Positions 1 through 10,415 are shown, counted from the stretch's first letter. The stretch is DNA of 64,000 nt from Thainema sp. (GCA_052168235.1 JBQLZK010000031.1:14853-78852), one strand, 5' to 3'. Notes: generated by a model not told the origin, from the letters alone. Made by a program: numbers and translations.

Positions 1-299
1 AGATCGATCCGCAGCAAAATTGGGCGGAGCAGTCCAAAAAAGCGATTAATCGCCTTGTGCAAGAACTTAGTCAGGGACAGTTCCAGATTCAGGGCAAGGG
101 TGTGTTCAAAGACGAATTTGTCACCTGTGGCGGCGTGAGTCTGAAGGAAGTTGATTTTAAAACTATGCAGAGCCGTCTCTGCCCAGGACTATATTTCGCA
201 GGCGAAGTCTTGGATATCGACGGCGTGACGGGTGGATTTAATTTTCAGTCGGCTTGGACAACGGGCTGGATTTCGGGGCAATCAATGGGATGTCCCTAA
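1..299 (+). CDS. HI0933/BaiN-family flavoprotein, C-terminal part (gene starts before the window)
   Basis: Motifs EFVTCGGV, GLYFAGEVLDIDGVTGGFNFQSAWTTG typical of the family C-terminus. Confidence 0.9.
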   Translation, partial: IDPQQNWAEQSKKAINRLVQELSQGQFQIQGKGVFKDEFVTCGGVSLKEVDFKTMQSRLCPGLYFAGEVLDIDGVTGGFNFQSAWTTGWISGQSMGCP

Positions 300-332
300 A
301 AAGCTATAAGGTGCATCCGCGCAGCAATGCAC

Positions 333-1088
333 CTAAATCAGCCCATCTAGTTCGATTTCTTCAATCACCTGTAAGCCGCGCGGATCGCCCAATTTCAGCA
401 TCGCCGCCCGAGCATCTTCTTTGACGCCCAGGTCCTCATCTTCAGCAAAGGATTCAATCAGCGCGTCCACTGCCGTGGCATAGACTACGTTCGACGGTAA
501 TTCGCGACAGAGTTGACCAATTGACCAGGCACAGTTACTCCGTACTGCCGGAATGGGATCTTGTCGTAGAGCCTCAATCAGCGGCGGCATGGCGGACAAA
601 ATGGCATCAAAGCCAACCTCAGCCATTTGAGCCAGCGCACTGGCGGCCCATAGGCGCACAGCAGAAATATCGGTTTTGAGGGCATCGATCAGCGGAGCGA
701 GCGATCGCAGATCGCGACAGTTGCCTAGTGCCCACACCAAACCCTTACGCACGTAGCCGTTCCAGTCCCGATTAAGCTGCGTAATAATCGAATCCACCGC
801 GTCTGGACTGGGATTACGGCCCAGCGCATAGGCAGCACTGACCCGCACCAGCGGACAGCCATCTTGGAGCAACCGAACCAGTTCAGGAATGGCCCGAGCA
901 TCCTGTAATTCGCAAAAAGCCCGAGCAGCCAACATTCGCTGCTGCGTCTCCTCAGACTTCAGCAACGGCAACATCTGCTCCGGCGTTGGTTTCGGAACAT
1001 CTGCCTCCGCATCTAGCGGTTCTAGCCGATCAAGCGGACTTTCATAATCGGCGGTTTCTAATGCAATTAGATCGTCGTCGTCATACAT
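333..1088 (-). CDS. HEAT/PBS-lyase-like repeat protein
   Basis: Repeated VRxxAAxALG helical motifs; 251 aa. Confidence 0.85.
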   Translation of the reverse strand: MYDDDDLIALETADYESPLDRLEPLDAEADVPKPTPEQMLPLLKSEETQQRMLAARAFCELQDARAIPELVRLLQDGCPLVRVSAAYALGRNPSPDAVDSIITQLNRDWNGYVRKGLVWALGNCRDLRSLAPLIDALKTDISAVRLWAASALAQMAEVGFDAILSAMPPLIEALRQDPIPAVRSNCAWSIGQLCRELPSNVVYATAVDALIESFAEDEDLGVKEDARAAMLKLGDPRGLQVIEEIELDGLI

Positions 1089-1287
1089 ACTGTCACTTTA
1101 CAGCACGAATTCGTTTCCCTAAAAGTCTTCTGACTTAAATCTTGTACCTGATCAACTCAGACCTCCATCAGATCCCGAACATATCTTTTGCTGCCCAATT
1201 GTGACGGCAAAAGATTACTCCCGGTTTGATTGCCAGATTTGAGTGCTTAAAATTGACCTGATTATTGCAATGCTGATTGAGTCAAGC

Positions 1288-1317
1288 GTAAATACATTCT
1301 GTGTAAATACATTCTGT
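1288..1317. repeat. Exact 15-bp tandem duplication (GTAAATACATTCTGT x2)
   Basis: Read directly at 1288-1302 and 1303-1317 in a divergent intergenic region. Confidence 0.85.
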
Positions 1318-1544
1318 AATTCGTTCTGCAATGAATGAACCCCTACGTATCTCAACGCATCAGCAGATTAAGCACGTTACGGAGATTGGATTGATCGTCG
1401 CAGCAATTATCACGATATTTAAAGCAATGATCTGTTTCTTTGCGAAACTGAGCGATACGTTACGCAGAACTCGATTGTAGTGCAAATATCAATACTAGAT
1501 GACAGAGAGCATAAAAATCCTCTTTTTTTGATTGGAGACGGCTT

Positions 1545-1745
1545 ATGCTTTACGCAAAATACCATACAGCACAGCCTCATATGGAGCATGGTTCTGAGCG
1601 AGGCGCGATCGCAGATTTAGATCTGGATGCACGCCGCATTTTTGCTCGGAGTGGAATTGATTTTTCGAATGTGCCCACTTCTCAGCGGCAGCGAATTGCC
1701 ATGCGCCTCAACGGATTATTGCAACAGTTTCGTCATCCAAATTGA
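1545..1745 (+). CDS. Small hypothetical protein (66 aa)
   Basis: GGAGA Shine-Dalgarno just upstream of ATG; occupies an otherwise empty region; 3' end overlaps the convergent GNAT gene by 30 bp. Confidence 0.45.
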   Translation: MLYAKYHTAQPHMEHGSERGAIADLDLDARRIFARSGIDFSNVPTSQRQRIAMRLNGLLQQFRHPN

Positions 1746-2231
1746 GCTTGGCTGATATCCCAAACGGCGATAGAGCTGCAGCGCTGTTTGGTTGGTTTGA
1801 AAGACTTGTAGCCCCAGCTCATTAAAACCCTGTTGCTTGGCCCACTGTTCACCCTGATGCATCAGCGCCGTTCCAATTCCTTGCCGCCGCGCATTTGGCG
1901 CAACATAGAGTAAAAACGTGTAAGCCTGCCGATACCCAGTGATTTGATTAACGGCTTGCCCCATCCATAGACAAGCAACAGGCGCGAATTTCGAGCGAGT
2001 ATGGGGTAAACCGAGTGAGACATCCGAGGAACCCAGCTCAGCGGGTTGAACCCACCACAGTGGTGTTTCAGAGCTGAAATGCTGATCAACCGTTTGCGCC
2101 AAGTGGCTGATATCAGCGTCTGGATTTAGCTCACGATAGGTGCGCTGCATAAACTTAACCAGCAGTGCCCGATCCAAACCCGATCCGGTTCGCATCTGAT
2201 ATCCCGAAACCGGAAACGGTACGCTCATCAA
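1716..2231 (-). CDS. GNAT-family N-acetyltransferase
   Basis: Acetyl-CoA motif YVAPNARRQGIGTALM and NQTALQLYRRLGY. Confidence 0.9.
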   Translation of the reverse strand: MMSVPFPVSGYQMRTGSGLDRALLVKFMQRTYRELNPDADISHLAQTVDQHFSSETPLWWVQPAELGSSDVSLGLPHTRSKFAPVACLWMGQAVNQITGYRQAYTFLLYVAPNARRQGIGTALMHQGEQWAKQQGFNELGLQVFQTNQTALQLYRRLGYQPSSIWMTKLLQ

Positions 2232-2458
2232 GCTGTGCCTAGATCCTGCGGCAGTCCCTTAACCAGCACATAAATATCCGGTATCTCAGTTGTTACTTGG
2301 GCAGTTGGATCAGACGGCATTGTCTGATCCATTTCTTCTATTGGGGCCGGAGCCATCATGTCACTCGGCAGAAAAATTCTGGCGCTGACAGCAATCATGG
2401 CGATAAAAAAGACGAGGATGATAAAAAATGGGGCGATGTAGGCGCGAAAAATCTGCAT
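2228..2458 (-). CDS. Small membrane protein, hypothetical
   Basis: N-terminal hydrophobic helix; 4-bp overlap with the GNAT start. Confidence 0.75.
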   Translation of the reverse strand: MQIFRAYIAPFFIILVFFIAMIAVSARIFLPSDMMAPAPIEEMDQTMPSDPTAQVTTEIPDIYVLVKGLPQDLGTA

Positions 2459-2616
2459 AAGTTTTGTAAAGCTCTTTTCTCATTTTATCGCGTCTGGCCT
2501 GAGTTGATGCACTGATTTTGACGCATTTTGATGCCTAGAATACAGGTAAACGCGGCTTCATGCGATAGAGCTAAAGAACCGTACTTCCTCATCCACGGTT
2601 CTGGCAATCTTCGGGC

Positions 2617-4380
2617 ATGGCTCAATCGTCTCATCGTCACGCATGGATCTTAGGCATCACGATTGGAGTCGGGGTGAGCCTATCTGCGATCGCAACTTTA
2701 TTTGTCCATCGCTGGGAACTGTCGCAGCAGCAAAACCGCTTTCAGCAGCAAATTGAAAATTTGGCCATTGCCCTCCAGCGGAGCCTCAATCGCTATACCG
2801 ACGTGCTGGTGTTTTTGGGTGATCACTACGGTGTAAGTCAGGGGCAGGTAGAGCGCCAGGACTTTGAGCAGTTTGTGCTGCGATCGCTGAATACCTATCC
2901 CGGCATTCAGGCTTTGGAATGGGCACCGTTAGTACCGCAGTCCGAACGCAGTGCGTTTGAGCAAACAATTCAAACCGAGGGCTTTCCAAAATTTCAAATT
3001 ACTGAACTCACCGACGATGATCGTCTCGTGCCTGCGGGTGAGCGCCCTACCTATATTCCCGTCACTTACGTTGCGCCGCTGGACGGAAACGAAGCCGCGC
3101 TGGGGTTTGATCTCAACTCCAGTTCTGCTCGTGTTGCGGCCATTGAACCCGCCAGAGATAGCGGCAGCGTTCAGGCCACAGGCCGGATTCGCCTGGTACA
3201 AGAACAGCGGAATCAATACGGCTTTCTTGTCGTTCTGCCGCTGTATCAAACTGCTGATATTCCAGCAGATCAGGCCACCCGGCAGGCGCAGTTCGAGGGG
3301 GTTTTACTCGGTGTGTTCCGCGTCTCAGATGTGGTGGAAGAAGCGCTACAGGACTTGAGCGTTGAAATTGACTTTGTTCTTTCTGACCAAAACGCTACGG
3401 CTGATCAGCAGTTTCTAGGCCGCTACGATGCCGAGCGGCAAGCGGTCATGGCTGTAGAGGAAGATACGAGTGGAAAGAATGTGCGATCGCAGTTTTTCTG
3501 TCGAAGGCCAATCGCCTGCACCCGCACACTGGAGATTGGACAGCGGCAGTGGCTGGTTCAATTTGCTCCGGCTGCCAATTATCCGCTCACCGCTAGCTAC
3601 GGCACGTGGATTACACTACTGACCGGATTGCTGCTGACGGGGAGTTTGGCCCTATTTTTGCAGAACTTGCAGAATGAACTGCTGCGAACTCAGGCTCTAA
3701 ACGACCTGAAGCAGCGGTTTTTCTCAATGGCTTCCCATGAACTGCGTACGCCCCTCAGCACAATTTTGCTCTCAGCCGAATTGCTCCAGGTTAACGATGG
3801 TCAGCCTGATCAGCTTTCTGACACTCAGACGCGAACCAATATTCAGCGCATTCATCTGACTGCCCAGCAGATGAGCCAGCAGATTACTGATTTGCTGACG
3901 CTGACGCGGGCTGAGGCGGGCAAATTAGAGTTCAACCCAGAGCTGTTGGACATCTCTGTCTATTGTCAGCAGGTGCTTGATCATGTTCAAGCCGGAATTA
4001 AGCAGCCCATTATATTTAGCCACCCCAATCAGCCAATTAAAGCGTTTTGGGATAAAAAGTTGGTGCGATCGCTCTTGGGCAATTTGCTCTCCAATGCCGC
4101 TAAATATTCGCCGGATGACACATCGATTCAGGTCAATCTCAGTAGTAATGGTCAAGTTGCGATGTTAACAATCTGCGATCGCGGTATTGGTATTCCGGCT
4201 GCTGATTTGCCCCATATTCAAGCGGCCTTTCAACGAGCCAGTAATGTGGGTGACATTGCTGGTACGGGCCTAGGACTGGCCATCGTTGACGCTTGCGTCG
4301 CTCTGCATAGCGGCAATTGGCACATTGACAGTACTGAAGAAAAGGGCACTACGGTCACGGTCAATCTGCCCCTAGAATAA
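2617..4380 (+). CDS. CHASE-domain sensor histidine kinase
   Basis: TM-CHASE (PGIQALEWAP, GFDLNS)-TM; H-box [10 protein letters not shown] box NLLSNAAKYS; G boxes DRGIGI and GTGLGL. Confidence 0.92.
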   Translation: MAQSSHRHAWILGITIGVGVSLSAIATLFVHRWELSQQQNRFQQQIENLAIALQRSLNRYTDVLVFLGDHYGVSQGQVERQDFEQFVLRSLNTYPGIQALEWAPLVPQSERSAFEQTIQTEGFPKFQITELTDDDRLVPAGERPTYIPVTYVAPLDGNEAALGFDLNSSSARVAAIEPARDSGSVQATGRIRLVQEQRNQYGFLVVLPLYQTADIPADQATRQAQFEGVLLGVFRVSDVVEEALQDLSVEIDFVLSDQNATADQQFLGRYDAERQAVMAVEEDTSGKNVRSQFFCRRPIACTRTLEIGQRQWLVQFAPAANYPLTASYGTWITLLTGLLLTGSLALFLQNLQNELLRTQALNDLKQRFFSMASHELRTPLSTILLSAELLQVNDGQPDQLSDTQTRTNIQRIHLTAQQMSQQITDLLTLTRAEAGKLEFNPELLDISVYCQQVLDHVQAGIKQPIIFSHPNQPIKAFWDKKLVRSLLGNLLSNAAKYSPDDTSIQVNLSSNGQVAMLTICDRGIGIPAADLPHIQAAFQRASNVGDIAGTGLGLAIVDACVALHSGNWHIDSTEEKGTTVTVNLPLE

Positions 4381-4484
4381 TATCAAGTCCGTATAGTATG
4401 AACCCAGTTTATTTTCTGCAAAATGCTCGCGGTGCAAGCATTTTGCAGAAAATAAACAATGGGTTTTCAACCGGACTTTGTATA
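4379..4484. mobile_element. MITE-like palindromic element, family A (GAACCC...GGGTTTT with long internal hairpin)
   Basis: Imperfect TIRs AATATCAAGTCCG / CGGACTTTGTATA; internal stem TTTATTTTCTGCAAAATGCT..AGCATTTTGCAGAAAATAAA; related copies at 51589, 57968 and 61559. Confidence 0.75.
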
Positions 4485-4583
4485 AAGTCCACAAATACAC
4501 GCGATGTAGGAGAGTTGGCGTAGCCATGCCCAGAGGGCTATATGGCCATTCGCCCTTACAGGATTGCCAACGTATCAATCTAC

Positions 4584-6005
4584 CTATTCTCGACTGCCCG
4601 GAATAACAATGTTCAGCACCAGAGCAGCCATGCCTCCCGTTGCGATTCCAGACGAGAAGACACTTTTAATCAAATAGGGCGTATTTTCTAGAATCTCGGG
4701 CACAAACGACACGCCCATGCCTAAACCGAGCGACACGATTAGAATTAGCGTGTTGCGCCGACTCAAATTGACGCCGTGTAGAATCTTGATGCCAGCCGTC
4801 ACCACTGAGCTAAACATCAGCAGCGTTGCACCGCCCAAAACGGGTTGAGGCATAGCTTGGAACAGACCACCAATAATGGGAAACAGTCCCAGTATGAACA
4901 ACATCCCGGCGATAAAGTAACCGACATAGCGGCTGCCAACGCCTGTTAGCTGAATCACACCGTTGTTTTGGCTAAACGTTGTGTTGGGAAAAGTGTTGAA
5001 GCAGGCTGCAATTAACGAGTTGACGCCATCAGCAAGAATGCCACCTTTCACCCGCCGCAGATAGGTTTTACCTTCAATCGGTTCGCCCACCAGCATGGAA
5101 GTAGCGGCCAAATCACCAATTGATTCGATCGTCGTGATCACATACAGAAACGCCAGGGGAATAAAGCCTGCGATGCCAAAATCAAACCCATAACGAAAGG
5201 GAATCGGCACCGTCACATAGGGAAGCTGGCTGAGACCACTGAAATCCAGCATGCCCAGGGGCAGGGCGACGAGATAGCCGACAATCAACCCAATCAGAAT
5301 CGCGGACATCCGGAGAAAGGAGCTGCGGGTGCAGTTAAGCACAACAATCACCGTCAACACCAACAGGGACACAATCAAATTTTGAGGTGTCGCAAATGTG
5401 CCATTTGCGATCGCAGCTGAGCCTCCGCCCATTGCGGTAATAGCAACCCGAATCAGACTTAGACCAATCATGACGACGACAATTCCACTCACTAGCGGTG
5501 TCATCACCTTTTTTAGAGGTTCAATAAACTGGCTAAGAATAATTTCGACAAACGCACCCAGCATACAAATTGTCAGCAAATAGGCCAGAGTTTGGGTGGG
5601 AGAACGTCCTCCCGCCACAGCCGCCGTACCGACAGTCACAATCGTGCCAACAAAGGCAAAACTGGTGCCCTGAATACTCAATAATCCTGAACCGACTGGG
5701 CCAATTCGATGCACTTGAATAAAAGTAGCAATGCCGGAAATAAACAGCGACATACTGATTAGAAAGCTGGTATCGGAGGCTTCTAAACCAATGCTGCTGC
5801 CAACTACAATAGCGGGGGCAATAATGTTTACAAAAGCGGCCAAAACGTGTTGTAAAGCAGCAGCAAGGGTTTCCCGCAGCGGTGGCTTAGCGTACAAGCC
5901 ATAAATCATGTCAGTGGCCTGTGACTCCGGCGATTCGGGCGGTTCTTCAAGCGCCTGAGCGGTGCCAGCAGCCGTGGCTAATCTCAACGGATCGTGATCA
6001 GTCAT
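4584..6005 (-). CDS. NCS2 (NAT) family xanthine/uracil permease
   Basis: LQH motif in TM1; NAT signature TTFSQNNGVIQLTGVGSR; many TM helices. Confidence 0.92.
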   Translation of the reverse strand: MTDHDPLRLATAAGTAQALEEPPESPESQATDMIYGLYAKPPLRETLAAALQHVLAAFVNIIAPAIVVGSSIGLEASDTSFLISMSLFISGIATFIQVHRIGPVGSGLLSIQGTSFAFVGTIVTVGTAAVAGGRSPTQTLAYLLTICMLGAFVEIILSQFIEPLKKVMTPLVSGIVVVMIGLSLIRVAITAMGGGSAAIANGTFATPQNLIVSLLVLTVIVVLNCTRSSFLRMSAILIGLIVGYLVALPLGMLDFSGLSQLPYVTVPIPFRYGFDFGIAGFIPLAFLYVITTIESIGDLAATSMLVGEPIEGKTYLRRVKGGILADGVNSLIAACFNTFPNTTFSQNNGVIQLTGVGSRYVGYFIAGMLFILGLFPIIGGLFQAMPQPVLGGATLLMFSSVVTAGIKILHGVNLSRRNTLILIVSLGLGMGVSFVPEILENTPYLIKSVFSSGIATGGMAALVLNIVIPGSRE

Positions 6006-6240
6006 TGGAGTTTACCTCTAATTCAATTCCCCAAAAATCAGATATGCGCTAAGATTGCATCAATCGCTACAAAATTATTGATGTAAAATCTGATTGCTTT
6101 GGGATATTGAGGTCTAAGGTATAAAGATTAGGTAGAGCTTTTTGGGATAATATTGTGGAGAAATCGGGGAGAATGTCATCCCCTAATCACACTTGCTTAT
6201 AGTCCCCCCAAATTAATTATTTAAATATCACTATCTACTG

Positions 6241-6332
6241 ATAGCTGTAGTCACCTTTGTTAGAACACGGGCTTTTTTGTGACGCGGCAAAGCCGCACCA
6301 CAAAACGTTTTAACCAACATGGCTATCGCTAT
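6241..6332. mobile_element. MITE-like element, family B (TAGC...GCTA ends)
   Basis: TIR ATAGCTGTAGTCA / TGGCTATCGCTAT; central GCGGCAAAGCCGC hairpin; similar copy at 52814. Confidence 0.65.
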
Positions 6333-6421
6333 AGTTTCGGATTTACAAAATTCATACAAGAGGTGATCGAATCGTTGCATTGCGGCGGTCAGATCATCGC
6401 TTTTGAGTTTGTATAAACGTT

Positions 6422-7114
6422 TTAAGACGACTGGTTATGTTCCAAGGGTTTGAGGCGATAGCCTACTCCGTGAATCGTTTCAATAAAATCTTTAGGCGCA
6501 CCTGCCGCTTTCAGTTTGGCACGCAGGTTTTTAATATAGGTTTTCATCGTGTCTTCTTCGGGGATATCCTGCCATGTCCAGACCTCTTCAATAATGGCGG
6601 CTCGGCTCAAAACCCGCTTCCCGTGACGCAACAAGGTTTCCATCAAGGCAAACTCCTTGGGAGTTAGTCGAATCGGTGAACGCCCATACATCACTTCATA
6701 GCTACTGGGATCGAGCGATAACTCGCCCCAGCTTAAAACGGGTGGCGTGCCAGTCTGTCCCCGCCGCAGTAATGCCCGAATCTGGGCCAGCAACTCCTGC
6801 AAATTGAATGGTTTGACCATGTAAGCATCGGCCCCAGAATCTAGCCCAATTACTTTATCGAGGCTGGTGTCACGAGCTGTCAGCATGAGCACAGGCAGGA
6901 GATATCCGCGATCGCGCAATCGCTGGCAGAGCTTAATCCCATCCAGCTTGGGCAGGGTGACATCCAGCAAAATCAGATCGTAGGTGAAGCTGCAAATCCG
7001 ATCCCAAGCTGATTCTCCGTCTCGCGCCACATCAACTGCATATCGCTGGGCGACCAGTGCTTCAGCTAGGGATTCAGAGAGTCGGATATCGTCTTCTACC
7101 AGCAAGATTTGCAT
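6422..7114 (-). CDS. OmpR-family response regulator
   Basis: REC domain (LLVEDD, LLDVTLP, KPF) plus winged helix (LTPKEF, IETIHGVGYRL). Confidence 0.95.
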   Translation of the reverse strand: MQILLVEDDIRLSESLAEALVAQRYAVDVARDGESAWDRICSFTYDLILLDVTLPKLDGIKLCQRLRDRGYLLPVLMLTARDTSLDKVIGLDSGADAYMVKPFNLQELLAQIRALLRRGQTGTPPVLSWGELSLDPSSYEVMYGRSPIRLTPKEFALMETLLRHGKRVLSRAAIIEEVWTWQDIPEEDTMKTYIKNLRAKLKAAGAPKDFIETIHGVGYRLKPLEHNQSS

Positions 7115-7268
7115 TGTTCTATCCTGCTTGATCGGCCAAAGTTCAGCACACTGTATCCTGACACACTCTGATCATTAGAAATGTAGGCTTGCTGACCAAA
7201 GGCAAGCAGGTCCTGTCGCAAGTCTGCGATTGCTGATTTTATAGCGGTTCTGGATATGCAAGTGGCGG

Positions 7269-9065
7269 CTACACCCTGAAAGGTAGCTTAATTACGAAGC
7301 AGGTTCCCTCACCAGGAGCAGATTTGCAGGTCAAGAAACCTTTGTGAGCTTCGGTAATAATTTGATAACTGATTGAAAGGCCCAAGCCTGTACCTTTACC
7401 CACAGGTTTAGTCGTAAAGAATGGATCAAATAAGCGGTTTTGCACCCGCTCTGGAATACCAGGGCCATTATCTGCAATTCGAATCTCGACCCAATGATGA
7501 TCTAGGACTGCCGTTGTAATGGTAATTGTAGGATTGGATGGTGGCGGTGCTGTTTCTAGTGCGTCAATTGCATTGCCAAGGATATTCATAAACACCTGAT
7601 TCAGCTGTCCGGCATAGCATTCAATCAGGGGCAGCGTTCCATAGTCACGAGTCACTTGGACAGCCGAAGAATCGGCGGTTGCTTTGAGGCGATTATTCAA
7701 AATAATCAGCGTACTTTCAATGCCATCGTGAATATCAACCTCTTTGATCGCGGCTTCATCTAGACGAGAAAAGGTGCGGAGCGACTTAACAATTTCACAA
7801 ATGCGGGTTGTCCCGTCCTCCATGGAGCGAATAATTTTGGGAAAATCGGTTTGCAGAAACGGCAGATCGATATCCTCAATCACCGCTTGAATCTCTGGAT
7901 CGGGATCAGGATAGCGGCTTTGATACAGATCAATTAGCCGCATAATCTCTTCGGTATAGAAAAGAGCATGCTTCAGGTTGCCGTGAATGAAATTAACCGG
8001 ATTATTGATTTCATGGGCGATGCCCGCCACCATTTGTCCCAAACCCGACATTTTTTCACTCTGGATCAGGTGGAGCTGAGTTTGCTTCAACTCATTGAGC
8101 GTTTCCTGTAAATCATCGGCCCGCTGTTCCAGAGTTTGATGAGCGGTTTCTAACTCGCGAGTGTATTGCCCTGCCCAACTGACGAGTTGATTAAGGGCTT
8201 GAGCCAGCAGAGAAACTTCGTCTCGTGTTTGGATGGGTGCCTGGAGCTGAAAGTCATTGTCTTCCGTAACTTTACGGGCCACTGTGGTGAGCTGTTCAAT
8301 TGGACGTGCGATCGCACGACTGGTAAGGAATGTAAGCATGATCGCTAAACCAATGGAAACCGCCATGCTGAGTGCAATAAACAGCAGGCTAAACTGCTCT
8401 ACTTCCTGTAGCTGAACGGCAGCTTGAGCATAGTCTTGATCAACGATTTGCTGAAGCCGAGTGAGATCTTCAGACAGTTGCTCAAATCGAGTCGATAGCT
8501 CACTGGCGTTTGCACTACCCAATGCTGTAGCTAGAGTTTCTGTCGCTGCTTGCTTGTTGTCCACACCGTCCAAACTGGCCCATAAATCATGCGAGAACTC
8601 TTCATAGGACAGCAGAGTAGCGCGATAGTTATGGGTTAGCTCAACCATCTGAGTATTTCGGTGAGACGATGCGATCGCAGATTGGTCAATGTCATTCAAC
8701 AATTCATTGAGCTGGCGCAGATCCGCATTGAACTGATTAATTTCATACTGCATCCAAATCCGGCTGTCCCCTGCGATCGCAAGTAGGCGCAGAGGAGAGG
8801 TTTGGATACTTAAGAGACGATTATTAAACTCACTCAGCAACTGCGTTTGTTGCTCCATCTGCCGGGTTTGAATGAGCGCTGGTTGGGCATACAAATAGCT
8901 GCCCAGCAGGCCGCAACTCGTACCCATGACAGCGGTACCCAGAGCTAATGCATAGCCATAGCTAATTTTCTTGGAAATGCTCCGATCAATGCCAAATTTT
9001 GAACTCAGCCGAGTGAGAATCTGAAACAGGGGTTTAAGCAGCGGTGCCGGACGATACAACATCAA
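7269..9065 (-). CDS. HAMP-domain sensor histidine kinase (NtrB-like catalytic core)
   Basis: Two TMs around a helical periplasmic domain; [14 protein letters not shown]-box; [24 protein letters not shown]. Confidence 0.93.
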   Translation of the reverse strand: MMLYRPAPLLKPLFQILTRLSSKFGIDRSISKKISYGYALALGTAVMGTSCGLLGSYLYAQPALIQTRQMEQQTQLLSEFNNRLLSIQTSPLRLLAIAGDSRIWMQYEINQFNADLRQLNELLNDIDQSAIASSHRNTQMVELTHNYRATLLSYEEFSHDLWASLDGVDNKQAATETLATALGSANASELSTRFEQLSEDLTRLQQIVDQDYAQAAVQLQEVEQFSLLFIALSMAVSIGLAIMLTFLTSRAIARPIEQLTTVARKVTEDNDFQLQAPIQTRDEVSLLAQALNQLVSWAGQYTRELETAHQTLEQRADDLQETLNELKQTQLHLIQSEKMSGLGQMVAGIAHEINNPVNFIHGNLKHALFYTEEIMRLIDLYQSRYPDPDPEIQAVIEDIDLPFLQTDFPKIIRSMEDGTTRICEIVKSLRTFSRLDEAAIKEVDIHDGIESTLIILNNRLKATADSSAVQVTRDYGTLPLIECYAGQLNQVFMNILGNAIDALETAPPPSNPTITITTAVLDHHWVEIRIADNGPGIPERVQNRLFDPFFTTKPVGKGTGLGLSISYQIITEAHKGFLTCKSAPGEGTCFVIKLPFRV

Positions 9066-9085
9066 TCAAAATGCCTCTACACCGA

Positions 9086-9976
9086 CTACTCAATGGCGGA
9101 CGATTGACCAATGGCATAGTAGCTATCTCGCAAACTTTGATAGGTATTATCTTCAACCGAAATCATCTGGGATTCTGTGTACTTTTGATTCGCTTCAGAC
9201 GCGCTGAGCGCCTTCATCAGCACATCTTGATTCGCCAAAATTTGCGATCGCAAACTTTCAATGAAGCCTGTTCCTAAACTTGGATTCACCACAAACACAT
9301 CCGGCGGCAGATCATCGCTCTTGGCAAGCACCTTGATTTCACTACCTTCCAGTCCCGGTTCCTTCACATACTCGACATAGCGATCGTGGGAATCGGCCCA
9401 TGCATCTACCTGCCCGGTGCGCAGCGCTTCACAGCCATCGCGATTGAGCATCAGCACTTCGTAGTCACCCTGGGGCGAAAGGCCAGCATCCAGCAGCAGC
9501 TTCATCGGTACGATATGACCAGCAGTCGAACCCTCCGTCCGCATCGCAATCTTCTTACCCTTCAGATCCGCCAGCGAGTTAATGCCGCCGTCCACGCGAG
9601 TCATAATCATGGAGTAGTAGTTGGAACGAGTGACTCCGACGATGGGAACCGCATTGGAGCGCGCCCGCAGCAGCAAATACTCCGACGGGCCAGCCATCGC
9701 AAAATCAAGTTCATTTGCCAGTAGAGCCGGAGCCGCCGCTAGATAATTATCCACCGGATAAAATTCGACGGGCATTTTCAGCGCCTCCGCCAATGCCTGC
9801 CGAAATGCGCCGAAATCCTGCTCTAATTTGTCCGCTCCACTCAAATCGGTCACTGCAAACCGCAGCTTCTCCAAACGGTTGGTCTCAACAGCAGACTCAG
9901 GAGTGGCCGTTCTGGCAAAAGTACAACCACCTAAAAACAACAAGCTATAGCCCAGAAAAGTACGTCGTTTTAACAT
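9086..9976 (-). CDS. PhnD-like (phosphate/phosphite/phosphonate-type) substrate-binding lipoprotein
   Basis: KRRTFL Tat-like signal and LGGC lipobox; LADLKGKKIA, GSTAGHIVP, LPPDVFV motifs. Confidence 0.85.
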   Translation of the reverse strand: MLKRRTFLGYSLLFLGGCTFARTATPESAVETNRLEKLRFAVTDLSGADKLEQDFGAFRQALAEALKMPVEFYPVDNYLAAAPALLANELDFAMAGPSEYLLLRARSNAVPIVGVTRSNYYSMIMTRVDGGINSLADLKGKKIAMRTEGSTAGHIVPMKLLLDAGLSPQGDYEVLMLNRDGCEALRTGQVDAWADSHDRYVEYVKEPGLEGSEIKVLAKSDDLPPDVFVVNPSLGTGFIESLRSQILANQDVLMKALSASEANQKYTESQMISVEDNTYQSLRDSYYAIGQSSAIE

Positions 9977-10415
9977 CGCTGCCTCTAAAGTCCTAGATCG
10001 TTATAGATGAACTTAAATCGCGCATTAAAATTCAGAGAGAGAATTTTAACCATGACAAAGCGATATTTTTTCTCTCAATATATATATTTCCCAAGATGCG
10101 TAACCTGGAAACAGGAATCTGAAAACAATAAATTGGGTTGAATTGTCTTTATGCTTCCCACGCCGCCGATAAACGTACCACCGTTGGGGGCAATTCATGT
10201 CTTCTTAAAAACGAAGCGCCGAAAGTTTACCGATGTCCAATTCCGACTTTGGTCTGAGTTTTACAGAATACAAGCAGCGATTCTCTGAGCAAACAAAGCG
10301 CTATAACAGAGCTAATTGCGATCGCACTAAGTTGATACAGAGCTGTCAGAAGCGGGGATCACATTCCTCATTTCTCATAGATCGCTGGGAATTGCTGTAG
10401 ACAAGGGAGAGCATT

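Noticed and set aside
4372..4578. 68-aa ORF, and similar ORFs at 35390-35623, 46484-46765 and 51621-51827
   Set aside because: They run through palindromic repeat elements and have no protein features.
6006..6240. Purine riboswitch upstream of the NCS2 permease
   Set aside because: No recognisable purine-riboswitch core by eye; an Rfam/Infernal scan would be decisive.
9086..9976. phnD of a phosphonate transport operon
   Set aside because: No phnC/phnE or C-P lyase genes nearby, so the gene symbol was not assigned.
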